Below, in pieces: positions 1-15,661 of a DNA stretch of 64,000 nucleotides. Positions within the stretch are counted from its first letter, which is position 1. The number at the start of each line of letters is the position of its first letter. The notes under the pieces were generated by a model that saw nothing but the letters and a program-made list of their open reading frames with translations, did no database searches and was not told the origin of the DNA. This stretch comes from the human T2T-CHM13v2.0 reference genome, Homo sapiens, in NCBI RefSeq assembly GCF_009914755.1, contig NC_060938.1. The stretch is one strand, 5' to 3'. The position numbers were made by a program, and so were the translations under genes.

Positions 1-4870
<4,870 letters not shown>

Positions 4871-6074
4871 ACTGTAGATTTAGTGTGCATAAATGTCTTA
4901 GAATATGATAGGTCAATATTTGATGGCAATAATTCCACACACACAAAAATTTACACTTCCCTCCCTTGTAGAACAAGTAGTATTTCATATTTGCCTAGAG
5001 TTTATTAAGAGAAACCCCATAGAGTGCAGTATTTCTGCTGAAATCCACCAAAATCAAGAAACAAACTTTGACAGCTGTTTAGTGCATAATATCTTCCTGC
5101 TGTCTGGAAAATCCCAAATGTAGTATGACTACCTCACTTTCAGTGTGAGGTACTTTCAGATATTGTAGAATTTACTATACGGCAAAGATATGTGAAAGAA
5201 AATTTTTATCACATGCCAAACAATGTACCATATAACTCCTTTCAAAAATATCTGTTCTTTATTGCAAGGGTTCTCATTTAATGCCAGCCACTTGACTCCA
5301 TGTCTATTTCCATTTTTCACCTCTAAAATCACCATTATTAATCCACAATTTTTATCTTTTATAAAGCCTTAAAGCCCAGGAATTAGCTACTTCCTTTCCT
5401 CCCAGGGACATCCCAAAGGCTATCTATTATTACTGAAGAATATGCTGGCTGAATCTCATTGTCTGCCCCCATCTCTGCAACTCCAAGAAACTTATTATCA
5501 TATTCAAAAGGAAACAGATCATGGTAATGAGGAAGGACAGAAAAGAACAGTGAAGATATCAGTCACTAGGAAGATAAAACCTATTCCACATAATAACACT
5601 TGTTTTTGTACCTGTCTAAACTCCAATGTGTCCATCAACCTGAAATATGCAACCTCTTTCAACCCTCTTTCACTATCTTTAGGTAACATAAATGTACCTA
5701 AGTAAATGAGGGAATATAACCCTGTTGTATGTAAAAAATACACAAATGTATGTAAAAGATCTAAGTAAATGAGGGAATACAGCACTGTTGCCATTTCAGA
5801 TTCACGTGAAAAATCCATGTGACCAAGAATGGAAGTTTAGGTGGAAACCCTGAGTGCCTATTAATTTTTGAGCTTTTAGGGAACTGAGCCTCTGGAGAAC
5901 CCCTTCCAAAGTGCCACCAAGAGGGTAATGAAAGGAACTTTACTAGTCAGCCACTGGTGAAACCTGGTAGACCTTAATAGGCATAAATATAAATATGGTA
6001 CTCTAATAAATTATAAGATAAATAATATTGATTGTTATATTTCAGGCAGTTAGATTTATAGTGTTTGAATTTTT

Positions 6075-6151
6075 TATTTCTTAGATCAAGCCTATGATGT
6101 AGGTATTGGCATTATTCTCATTTTTAGAAAAGAAAACTAATGCTCACAGAG
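6075..6151 (-). mobile_element. MIR fragment interrupted by the THE1 LTR
   Basis: CCTATGATGTAGGTATT..ATTATTCTCATTTT..GAAAACT..GCTCACAGAG resembles the MIR core. Confidence 0.55.
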
Positions 6152-6528
6152 TGTATCAGTCTGTTCTCATGCTGCTCTAAAGACATACTCAAGGCTGGTT
6201 AATTTATAAAGAAAAGAGGTTTAATCGACTCACAGTTCACTAGAGTTGGGGAGGCCTCAGGAAACTTACAATCATGGCAGAAGGGAAGCAAACATGTCCA
6301 TTTTTACAAGTCAGCAATAGAGAGAAGAATGAGAACTGAGTGAAGGGGTAAGCCCCTTATAAAACCATCAGGTCTCATGAGAACTTACTCACTATCCCAA
6401 GAACAGCATGAGGGAAACCAACCCCATGATTTAATTACCTCCCACCAGGTCCCTCCCATGACGCGTGAGGATAATGGGAACTACAATTCAAGATGAGATT
6501 TGGGTGGGGACACAGCCAAATCGTATCA
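6152..6528 (-). mobile_element. THE1C/D-type ERVL-MaLR solo LTR
   Basis: TG...CA termini; reverse complement begins TGATACGATTTGGCTGTGTCCCCACCCAAATCTCATCTTGAATTGTAGTTCCC; perfect 5-bp TSD CAGAG (6147-6151 / 6529-6533). Confidence 0.93.
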
Positions 6529-6841
6529 CAGAGATTCATAAAAAATAAAATAAAAATACAACTCCACACATGATAAGAGAATTCTTCTGTATTGTGGTAT
6601 ATAGTGTTGCCCTGTAAACCTAGATACATAATTTGTGGATAGGGTGTGGCATCTCATAAGCAGACACACTTCTCTGATCACGTCTTTAGGCTGCTTCTGA
6701 CATATACCAATTGTTTCTAAGTTCCTCCAAACTACAATCCGTGCACAAAATAAACTTTTCTACTAGGCTAGGAGTTTGAAGTAACAATCCAACAAGGCCA
6801 CATGCTGAACTGAGGAGGGTGAATGGGAGCAAGACAGCAGG

Positions 6842-7875
6842 CCTTGCCCCACATATCCTGACAGGCTCCGATGTGTGATGTTCCCCTCCCTGTGTCCATG
6901 TGTTCTCATTGTGCAGCTCCCACTTATGACTGAGAACATGTGGTGTTTGGTTTTTGGTTCCTGTGTTAGTTTGCTGAGAATGATGGCTTTCAGCTTCATC
7001 CATGTCCCTGCAAAGGACATGAACTCATTCTTTTTCATGGCTGCATAGCATTCCATGATGTATATGTGCCACATTTTCTTTATCCAGTCTATAATTGATG
7101 GGCATTTGGGTTGGTTCCAAGTCTTTGCTATTATAAATAGTGCTTCAATAAACATACATGTGCATGTGTCTTTATAGTAGAATGATTTATAATCCTTTGG
7201 GTATATACCCAGTAATGGGATTTGCTGGGCCAAATGGTATTTCTGGTTCTAGATCCTTGAGGAATCACCACACTGTCTTCCACAGTGGTTGAACTTATTT
7301 ACACTCCTACCAATACTGTAAAAGTGTTCCTATTTCTCCACATCCTCTTCAGCATCTGTTGTTTCCTGACTTTATGATGGCCACTCTAACTGGCGTGAGA
7401 TGGTATCTCATTGTGGTTTTGATTTGCATTTTGCATTTTTCTAACGACCAGTGATGATGAGCTTTTTTTCATATGTTTGTGGCCACATAAATGTATTCTT
7501 TTGAGAAATGTCTGTTCATATCCTCGCTCACTTTTTGATGTTTTTTTTTCCTTGTAAATTTGTTTAAGTTCGTTATAGATTCTGGATATTAGACCTTCGT
7601 CAGATGGGTGGCTTGCAAAAATTTTCTCCCATTCTATAGGTAGCCTGTTCACTCTGATGATATTTTCTTTTGCTGTGCAGAAGCTCTTCAGTTTGATTAG
7701 ATCCCATTTGTCAATTTTGGCTTTTGTTGCAATTGCTTGTGGTGTTTTATTTATGAAGTATTTGCCTATGCTTCTGTCCTAAATGGTATTGCCTAGGTTT
7801 TCTTCTAGGGTTTTTATGGTTTGGGGTTTTACATTTAAGTCTTTAACCCATCTAGAGTTATTTTTTGTATAAGGG
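6842..7875 (-). mobile_element. L1PA7/8-like fragment (ORF2 C-terminus and part of 3' UTR), truncated at both ends
   Basis: ORF2p C-terminal translations in 6763-7233 and 7386-7652; 3' UTR CCTTGCCCC..GACAGG..GTTCCCCTCCCTGTGTCC; no poly(A) tail. Confidence 0.9.
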
Positions 7876-8084
7876 GCACTGAGTATTTATAATTATGCCT
7901 CAGTTTTGATCAGATAATGCTGGATTGAGTAGATAAAATGTACTTTGATTCCTCAACTGATTTTTCAAAAACCAACTTTTGTACACACCAACCATAAATA
8001 ATGTTTTAAATTCCTTGAAATTTGCATAATTTGCCCAATCAGTGGTAATAATGATCATGATGATAATAATAATGGCAACTAGTT

Positions 8085-8218
8085 TAAAGCCTTTAAAAGG
8101 TACTATCTCATTTAATCACAGTAACCTAAAGAAGTATGTTGTGTTACTCCTTTCACAGATGAAAAGTCTGAGGTCCTAAAAGGTTAATTACCTTTCCTAA
8201 ATTCACATAATTAGTAAT
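8085..8218 (-). mobile_element. MIR fragment interrupted by MLT2A; resumes at about 8667-8710
   Basis: ATCTCATTTAATC..ACAGATGAAAAGTCTGAGG..AGGTTAATTAC matches the MIR core. Confidence 0.6.
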
Positions 8219-8666
8219 TGTATTAGTCAGGGTTCTCTAGAGGGGCAGAACTAATAGGATAGATTTATATATTAAAGGGAGTTGATTAAGGAGTGTTAAA
8301 CTCACATGATCACAAGATCCCACAATAGGCCGTCTGCAAGCTGAGGATGAAGGAAGCCAGCCTGAGTCCCAAAGCTGAAGAACTTGAAGCCCGATGTTCA
8401 AGGGCAGGAAGCATTCAGCATCAGAGAAAGATGTAGGCTGGGAGGGTAAGCCAGTCTAACTTTTCATGTTTTTCTGCCTGCTTTATATCCTGGCTGAGCT
8501 GGCAGCTGATTAGATGGTACCCACCCAGATTAAGGCTAAGTCTGCCTCTCCCAGCCCACTAACTCAAATGTTAATCTTCTTTGGCAATATCCTCACAGAC
8601 ACACCCAGGATCAATACTTTGCATTCTTCAATCCAATCAAGTTGATGCTCAGTATTAACCATCACA
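8219..8666 (-). mobile_element. MLT2A1/2 (HERVL) solo LTR
   Basis: Reverse complement begins TGTGATGGTTAATACTGAG..TCAACTTGATTGGATTGAAG; TG...CA ends; TSD GTAAT/GTAAC (4 of 5). Confidence 0.92.
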
Positions 8667-8979
8667 GTAACAGAGAAGAAATATAAGTTCAGGGTCTTTA
8701 CTCAACTTGTGATACTACATGCTTTAATTATCTTAGTGATGCAGCAGAATTGGTTTTTCTAAGCAATAACTCATGTCTAACTGTTTTAGACTGTGAGTAT
8801 TTCAAGTAGTCATTATTCATAGAATTTAAAATATCATCGATATAAAATAGCCACTCTGGATAGTACATAAATAAAATTACTGACTCTTTAGTAATGGAGG
8901 GATTCTTAACGCTTCATTTGACAGTAAGCACTTGTAAAATGCAGCACTGTAAAATGCCATTCCTCAAAGAGAATCTTAT

Positions 8980-9480
8980 GACAGTTCTCCCCAAATCTAC
9001 TTGTACATTATTAAAACATGAAGGTCTTATCAGAAATACAGATTCCCGAGTTTCATTACAAACCTGACGAAACTGAATCTACAAGTTTAAGAACTAAGAG
9101 TCTGTATTTTTAGTAAGCTCTTCACGTGGCCGCAAGCCAGACAGCCCTGCACTGATCCTTTTATTGATTTGAGAGAAACCAGTGCTCTAGTGTTTAACAA
9201 AATGTGGTCTCCAGAACAGCACAATCAACATTGTCTAGAAACTTGGGCTATAATCTATAACTTCTGAATTAAAAAGCTTGGGGTGGAGACCAGCAATATC
9301 TATTTCAACAAGCTTTCATGTGATTCTGACACAGGCTAAGTTAAGTTTGACAGCCATTGTACTGACCAGTGCTTCTCAAATATTAATGCGAATATGGGTC
9401 ACATGAAGATGTTGTTAAAAATGTAGATTTTGATACTGTAGGTCTTGGCTGGAGCCCAAGAATTTTCATTTTTAATATGT
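8980..9480. mobile_element. Cluster of adjacent MER5A/MER5B-like hAT-Charlie elements
   Basis: CAGTGCTTCTCAAA-type ends; GGGGTGGAG..CCAGCAAT..TTT.AACAAGC..GTGATTCTGA and GTAGGTCT.GG.TGGAGCCCAAGAAT motifs. Confidence 0.6.
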
Positions 9481-9499
9481 TGTTTGATGGTAATAATAA

Positions 9500-9662
9500 A
9501 CAGATCATACTATACGTGTGTCCATTTAATTTTTTTAATATTACGGAAGGTAAAAATGAAAATTCAAATCTTTAGTAACACATGGCTTCTACGAGATTGA
9601 ACAGCACAGATTTGGGACATTTACATTATTGCAGAAATTTTATTCAATAGAAGTGTTCTAGA
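9500..9662. mobile_element. MER3-like hAT-Charlie fragment
   Basis: CACATGGCT..ATTGAACAGCACAGAT..GACATTT.CATTATTGCAGAAA.TT.TATT resembles the MER3 end. Confidence 0.55.
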
Positions 9663-10811
9663 GAATCTTGAACATGCAGTTGAAGGTTATGCTGTGCAAT
9701 TCAGAGTACAGGAATCTGAATTTTCTCAATATTTTCCCCCAAAAAAGTATGACAACAATATCTCTGTCAGGGATTCTCGGAAAAGATTCTTAAAAATTAT
9801 TCTTCTAAGATGATCCACAAGACATTAGTTAGAGAAAGTTGGGAGCCTGCACATAGTTCATATTGAATATATGATGAGTGAAAAACCCCTTCTGGCTACA
9901 AATTGTTCAATATTTCTTTTCCCTTTTCAGGTACTAGGAGTGCCCAGAATCAAAGGAACATGAGTTAAATTGAAAACAGCCATTTGGGACAGTTTCAGGA
10001 ACAAAAACACTGGTTAAAGTATTTGAACATTTTCTACCTCTATTTTTTGCAGGTTTCTGTATGCAATCACCAAGCAGAAAAGATATCCGGATGTTCTATT
10101 AAGGTATGTTGGGTATAACTTTGAAGACACGCTTCGAAAATATAAAGTTGACCCTGATTAGCAGTCACCTTCATTATGTCTTCTCTATAGGGGAAGAAAA
10201 CCCAACCAAAAACCATCAGCGCAAGCCTTTATTAAAAGGCTGCCAAAAAGAACAGCTCTGAGATGACAATTATAGGAAAAGCAAGAAACTAAAAGAATTT
10301 ACAAGGGATGGAACTCAAAGTTCACCTTGTTCTGAATATCGTTCACTGTTCAAATGCTCAGAAAGTACAGGGAAACTGAAGTTGCATTAGTAATGAGATG
10401 GTAGTGGCAGAAAGAATGGGGTTATGGTTTAGCATTTGTTGCTGGGCAATTTTTGTTTAACAAGAAGGATGTTAAGAAACAGTTGAAACTAAGTTCTTAC
10501 TAAAGTTAATGAAAAACATTTTATATTCAGTATTCTTTTTTCTATTACTGTCCTGAAACTCATATACCTTAAAAAAATCAACCTTTATAATCTCATATCC
10601 AAGACATCAACATTCAAAGCACTTAATGTTTCACTCAATTTGCTGAAAGGTGTATCAGTTTTGCCCTTTGAACTACTTTAAACTTCTAAATATCATTGGT
10701 TGGCATTGCCTTTGCCCCTCATATTTTTTCCTTGTCTTTCCTGTAATAGAACATTCCCTTTAAACAGAACCCATGAAAGACCAAATTATCATATTTCCCT
10801 GGCAAGGTGAT

Positions 10812-11580
10812 TTTATTCATCTATGCATTCATTCAATATACTAAATGTTGAAATGCTAATTGAGCACATCACATGCCCATTGTTCCAGATGCTAAAGATG
10901 CAGGAGTGATATTTCTGTCTTTAGGTCTTTGAGGAATTACTACACTGTCTTCCACAATTGCTGAAATAATTTACACTCCCATCAACAAAATATAAGCATT
11001 ACTTTCTCTCCACAACCTTGACAGTATTTATTATTTTTTTGACTTTTTAGTAATAATCATTTTAACTGGCATGATATGGTATCTCATGGTGGTTTTATGG
11101 AGCTGGAGGCCATTATCCTTAACAAACTAACACAGGAATAGAAAAACAAATACCACATGTTCTCACTCATATGTGGGAGCTAAATGATGAAAACACATGG
11201 ACACAAAGAGGGGAACAACACATGTTGGGGCCTTTTGAAGGGAGGAGGGTGGGAGGAGGGAAAGGATCAGGAAAAATAACTAATGGGTACTACTAGGCTT
11301 AACACCTGGGTGATGAAATAATCTGTACAACAAACCCCCATGACACAAGTTTAACAAACTGCACTTTTTAAACTGCATTATATAACAAACCTTCACTTGT
11401 TTGTTATATAACAAACAAACCTTGAACTTAAAAGTTTAAAAAAGGAAGAAAAAAGATGCAGCAATAAACAATCCAGTAAGATTTCTGAACTCGTGATATG
11501 GATTTTCTATTATGCAAAGAAAGAGAATAAATCAAAGATAAACAAGAAAAACTGAGTAATAATCAGTGCTATGATTTTTA
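10812..11580 (-). mobile_element. L2 3' end, split by the L1PA13-like insertion
   Basis: TTCATTCA-type tail, ATTGAGCAC, TGTTCCAGATGCT..GATGCAG..A.T.AACAA typical of L2 3' ends. Confidence 0.55.
10908..11451 (+). mobile_element. L1PA12/13-like short insertion with 5' inversion and internal deletion
   Basis: 10908-11097 is antisense ORF2; 11098-11451 is the sense 3' end (GGATCAGGAAAAATAACTAATGGGTAC..); TSD core AAAGATGCAG at 10894-10903 / 11452-11461. Confidence 0.88.
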
Positions 11581-11987
11581 AAGGAGTCAACATAAATAGC
11601 ATCCATTATCACAACACCAGCTCTCCATGTACTCTTTTCGCATTTGGGCTTTTTAGCCAATAAATCATTTTCTGGACTTTTAAATAGTCATACCATGTTT
11701 CTATTACATTTCTATTTCTTGGAACAAAAGAGCATTAATTCTTGACTATACAATATTATCACTGAACACCAAATCAATTCCATTTATTCTGCATCATGAA
11801 AGATGAACCACCATAGATGATGGAATAAACCATCATTCCATGTCTCGCTCATCCTTATAAGGTTTGCTCATTGCTGTTTTCTTTCCATAAGGACATTTGG
11901 ATCATTTAAGCCATTCCTCAATTTACAATTAATATTGGAACTAATTTCAAAATTAGAACTAATTTCAATAGGTTTTGTACTTGGGTA

Positions 11988-12567
11988 CATATATATTATA
12001 TATAAACATATAATTTATATATCATATATAAATTCTAATTACATATATAAATATATATCTATATATAAATTTATATATAATTATATAAATATATATAATT
12101 ATATATAAATATATAAATATATGTAAATATATATAATATATAAATATATAATTATATATAATATATATTATATAAATATATATAATATATATTATATATA
12201 AATCTATAATTATATATAAATATATAAATCTATAATTATATATAAATATATATAAATATATAATTATACATAAATATATAATTATATATAATATATAAAT
12301 ATATGATTATATATAAATATATAATTATATATAATATATAAATTTATATAATATAGAAATATATAATTATATACAATATATAAATTTATATATAAATTTA
12401 TATAAATATATATAAATTTTTATATATAAATATATAAATTTATACAAATATAGATAAATATATAAATTTATACAAATATAGATAAATTTATATATAAATA
12501 TATATAAATATAGATAAATATATATAAATATAAATTTATATATATAATTTATATATATATATATATA
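11988..12567. repeat. About 580-bp AT-rich low-complexity (TA/TATAAA)n block
   Basis: Almost entirely A/T, built from TATA, TATAAA and TATAAT units. Confidence 0.95.
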
Positions 12568-13886
12568 AAAAATTCCTGACTTCTCTATACCTTTTAGAGG
12601 TTCCTGAGCAGACTTATTTTATCTTTGGGTTGCTGGTTTACACTGGTGTCTACACTTTAAGGGCTTGCCCTTGATTTCTTTTTCCCAAAAGATGTCTGGC
12701 CTAAGACATATTTCGTCAGGAGTTTATCTATATTTGTCATCAGGATGTTTTATGGTGTTTCTGTAGTCACCTCAATTATTCCTGGCTTCCTCTTCTAATT
12801 TATTGGCCCACTGTCTTCTTTTTCTCTACTCATCTCTAAAGTAGTTCCAATATTTGGAAGAAGTTTGGGATAACAGCTGTTCTTGAACTGAAATATTCTT
12901 TTTAGCAATTACTCCTTCAGGACTCACTTTAGTGAAAATGCTATTTTTTTTCATTTCTAGTACCATTTTTGTATTAGAATAATCAATATTATTGTTAGAG
13001 AAACACGTTTTTTCCACTATCAGCAAGTGGTATGACCTCAGACCTGATCTATCGCATGATTTACAAATAGCCTGAAGCATTCTTACTGCTTCATTTTTAT
13101 CATTGAGAATGTCAGGTTTCCAAGGCCTTCTGTTTATCTCCTCCTCTCTTTTTAGAGTGTGAAGAGCATGCCATAGTCAGTTGTCCAATGCACTTTTCTC
13201 TTCTAGTGGGGTAGTAACCCCTAAGTTTAAGTTTAAGTACTGTTTCATTTTTTTATGGTGTCCATAACAGCTGGAATAACATTTCTTTCTCTCTTGGACC
13301 CCTGACTTGGGTGGATGTCCAAAGCCAAAATATAACTAACGATTCTCTCCTACCTTGTGTGACCTTATTTAACACATTTTCTAGTAAAACAGTAAATGTT
13401 TTGCAATTGAATATCTGAGGTAAGAAATTGAAATTCATTTTGCACACACCTGCTTTCCTGATATCTCCATAGAAATTACATAATCATTTCAGCAAAATCC
13501 TGCTAGGTCTCATTCATATTAGTTTTCTTCTTAAAGATTTTAATAAGAACTTAATGTCATTCCAGAAAATTGTAAACTGCTTAAAATGTTTTCAATTTCA
13601 TCCTTATTAGTTCACAGTATTTATCAAACCCATATTAAAATCTGGAAGTTCACATTCACTCCCACATACCAAAGTTATTACCATTGTTTTAGTCATCAAT
13701 TTTCTCTAATTCAATGACTAATAAGTAGATTTTAGTGCAAAAGTACAATGACAATTCTTGTAAATATTAAATAAAATTAGAAATTGTTTAAAAATCAATA
13801 GTGGTGCCTCAATATCTTTTGCTGGAGATTGACACCTATACCCTTAGAGTAGTAGATACAGCTCCTGCCATCACCTGCCCTCTCCC

Positions 13887-13947
13887 TTACACACACGCAC
13901 ACACACACACACAGACACACACACAGCCCAATTAATATACACACACA
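13887..13947. repeat. Interrupted (CA)n microsatellite
   Basis: ACACACGCACACACACACACACAGACACACACACAG seen directly. Confidence 0.85.
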
Positions 13948-14033
13948 AACTAGAACCAAACTTATGAAATCTAACAAGAAACAGCCAATTCCAGGCAGTA
14001 CCGCTGAAAATCATAGCTCATGTTTTGTATAAC

Positions 14034-15661
14034 TGATGGCAGTGGTGGCCTGTCTGGAGCAGCCACTTTGGGGATGCCAGCTGCAGCGGGGGAGGCACAG
14101 CCAGGGCTACACACTCCATGGAGCCAGCAGGAACCAGGAACATGCAGGAGCTTCATCCCATTCTGAGTTGGCAGGGCAGGAGCCCCATGCTCCCAGGCAC
14201 AGCTGCAGCCAGCCAGCTGCAGCTGCGGCTGCGGACCTGAGCATCCTTGTGCTCTGAGGGGCCCAGGAATCTCCCTGTCCCTGTAGAACTCAGAAGTACC
14301 TGTTCCCACTGCCTGGCCTCTCCCTGCTCCTGAAACCCACTCCAATTTTAGAGCAAAGTTGAAGCCAAGCCTGGGCACTGTCACGACCAAGACAGGTGTG
14401 CACGCATTCAGGGTGGTGCTGACACCCCAGCCCCATGCCACCTCTGTCCCCTCTGGACTTTGGACACCAACAAAATCAGGGAGAGAGGCCGGGGCTGGGA
14501 GGCTGAGAGTGGCCTGGCATGGGCCTGCAGATGACCCTTGGCACAAACAGCATCGGCACTGTCGACAGCATGCTGATGGCAGGAAGCAGACAAGTTCCTG
14601 GGTGAAAAGGGGTGGGTTCTCAGTAAAGCCCCACTTTTAAGCCAGGAAAAGACTGAAGTCTGGGGGCCAAACTGTGGCTCCAGATGAAGTCCACAACCTA
14701 GAGAGAGAACTTATGTGCTTTTTCTGGGCCCACCCATGGCCATCCTTGGACCAATCAACGCACACTTCCTCTCTTCTGAGCCCACAATAACCCAGAACCC
14801 AGCCAGACTCACACAGACATGGGGACCACCAGCTGTAGGAAGGAGCTACCCACTTCTCGTCTCCTCAATTTGTCAGGACGACCTGCCCGCAAAAAAGGTT
14901 TCCTCTCCACTGCGGGTCTCTCTGCTGAGAGCTGGACACTTGTGGACGACCTGCCTGCAGAAAGGAGCTACCCACTCCAGGTCTCCTGAGAACCATTCTG
15001 CTGCTCAGTGAAGCTCCTCTCCACCTTGCTCACCCTCCAGTTTTCCCCATACCTCGTTCTTCCTGGATGCTGGACAAGAACTCGGGACCCACCGAATGGC
15101 GGGACTGAAAGAACTGTAACACAAGCAGGGCTTAAACAGCCCCAGGCTCCCCAAGATGCTGGTGACAAGAGGGAGAGAAGAGCTGTTGTCCTTCGGGGAT
15201 CCCAGACCTAGGGGCTCTCCATGCCAGTGCTATGACACCCTCTTTGGGAATCTGTGGTTCCTGGCATCTCCATGCTTCTGAGCACCACCGTGTTCCCTTC
15301 ATCAATCCGCGGGTGCCCACATTGGAAGTTGCGTGTGGTACACCTGGTCTAGCTGCAGCCTCACATGGAGCCAGTACCTGTGTTGGCTCCTGGAGCTTCC
15401 CTCCCTGCTGCAGCAGTTGGCATTCCTGGCTGTGGCCAGTGGCTGAACCACAAGCTCATTCACACACACACCCCTCACTGTTCTGTGCCTGGCTTGCCCA
15501 TGGCAGGTGTGGGATCTGGGCTGATAGCACCAGTCAACCTCAACCTGCTGGGCCAAGTGGGAAACACGAGCCCAGCAGGAATGAGCAATACTGAGGCAGA
15601 AGGTGCCGCAGGCCACAGAGGTTTCCGGTTAGCAAAGCAACACCCCTAGGATACTGTGACA
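14034..15661 (+). mobile_element. MER52A-like ERV1 solo LTR (about 1.6 kb)
   Basis: Starts TGATGGCAGTGGTGGCCTGTCTGGAGCAGCC and ends GGCCACAGAGGTTTCCGG..GGATACTGTGACA, as in the recalled MER52A consensus after CpG decay. GC-rich island in AT-rich DNA. Confidence 0.88.

Larger units (their letters stand above)
10555..13450 (-). mobile_element. Putative ancient non-L1 LINE relic (RTE-X/L4-like): decayed ORF1 (about 12570-13450) and ORF2 endonuclease pieces (about 11580-11950 and 10555-10812), split by younger insertions
   Basis: Manual minus-strand translation: EISSNINCKLRNGLNDPNVL..IRMSETWND (11948-11832), YSIIYGGS..RINGIDLVF, IMDAIY, then QGNMII(GDFN-like), SKGK-LI and DYKG. The motif order matches an APE-type endonuclease. 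Confidence 0.5.

Noticed and set aside
12826-13080. 84-aa ORF as a host gene exon
   Set aside because: In-frame stops flank it, I recognise no protein, and a decayed LINE ORF1 explains it better. It is kept only within the LINE-relic finding.
13971-15649. Dense overlapping ORFs (up to 191 aa) and an apparent CpG island
   Set aside because: All lie in the GC-rich MER52A LTR, where stop codons are rare. CpGs are largely decayed.
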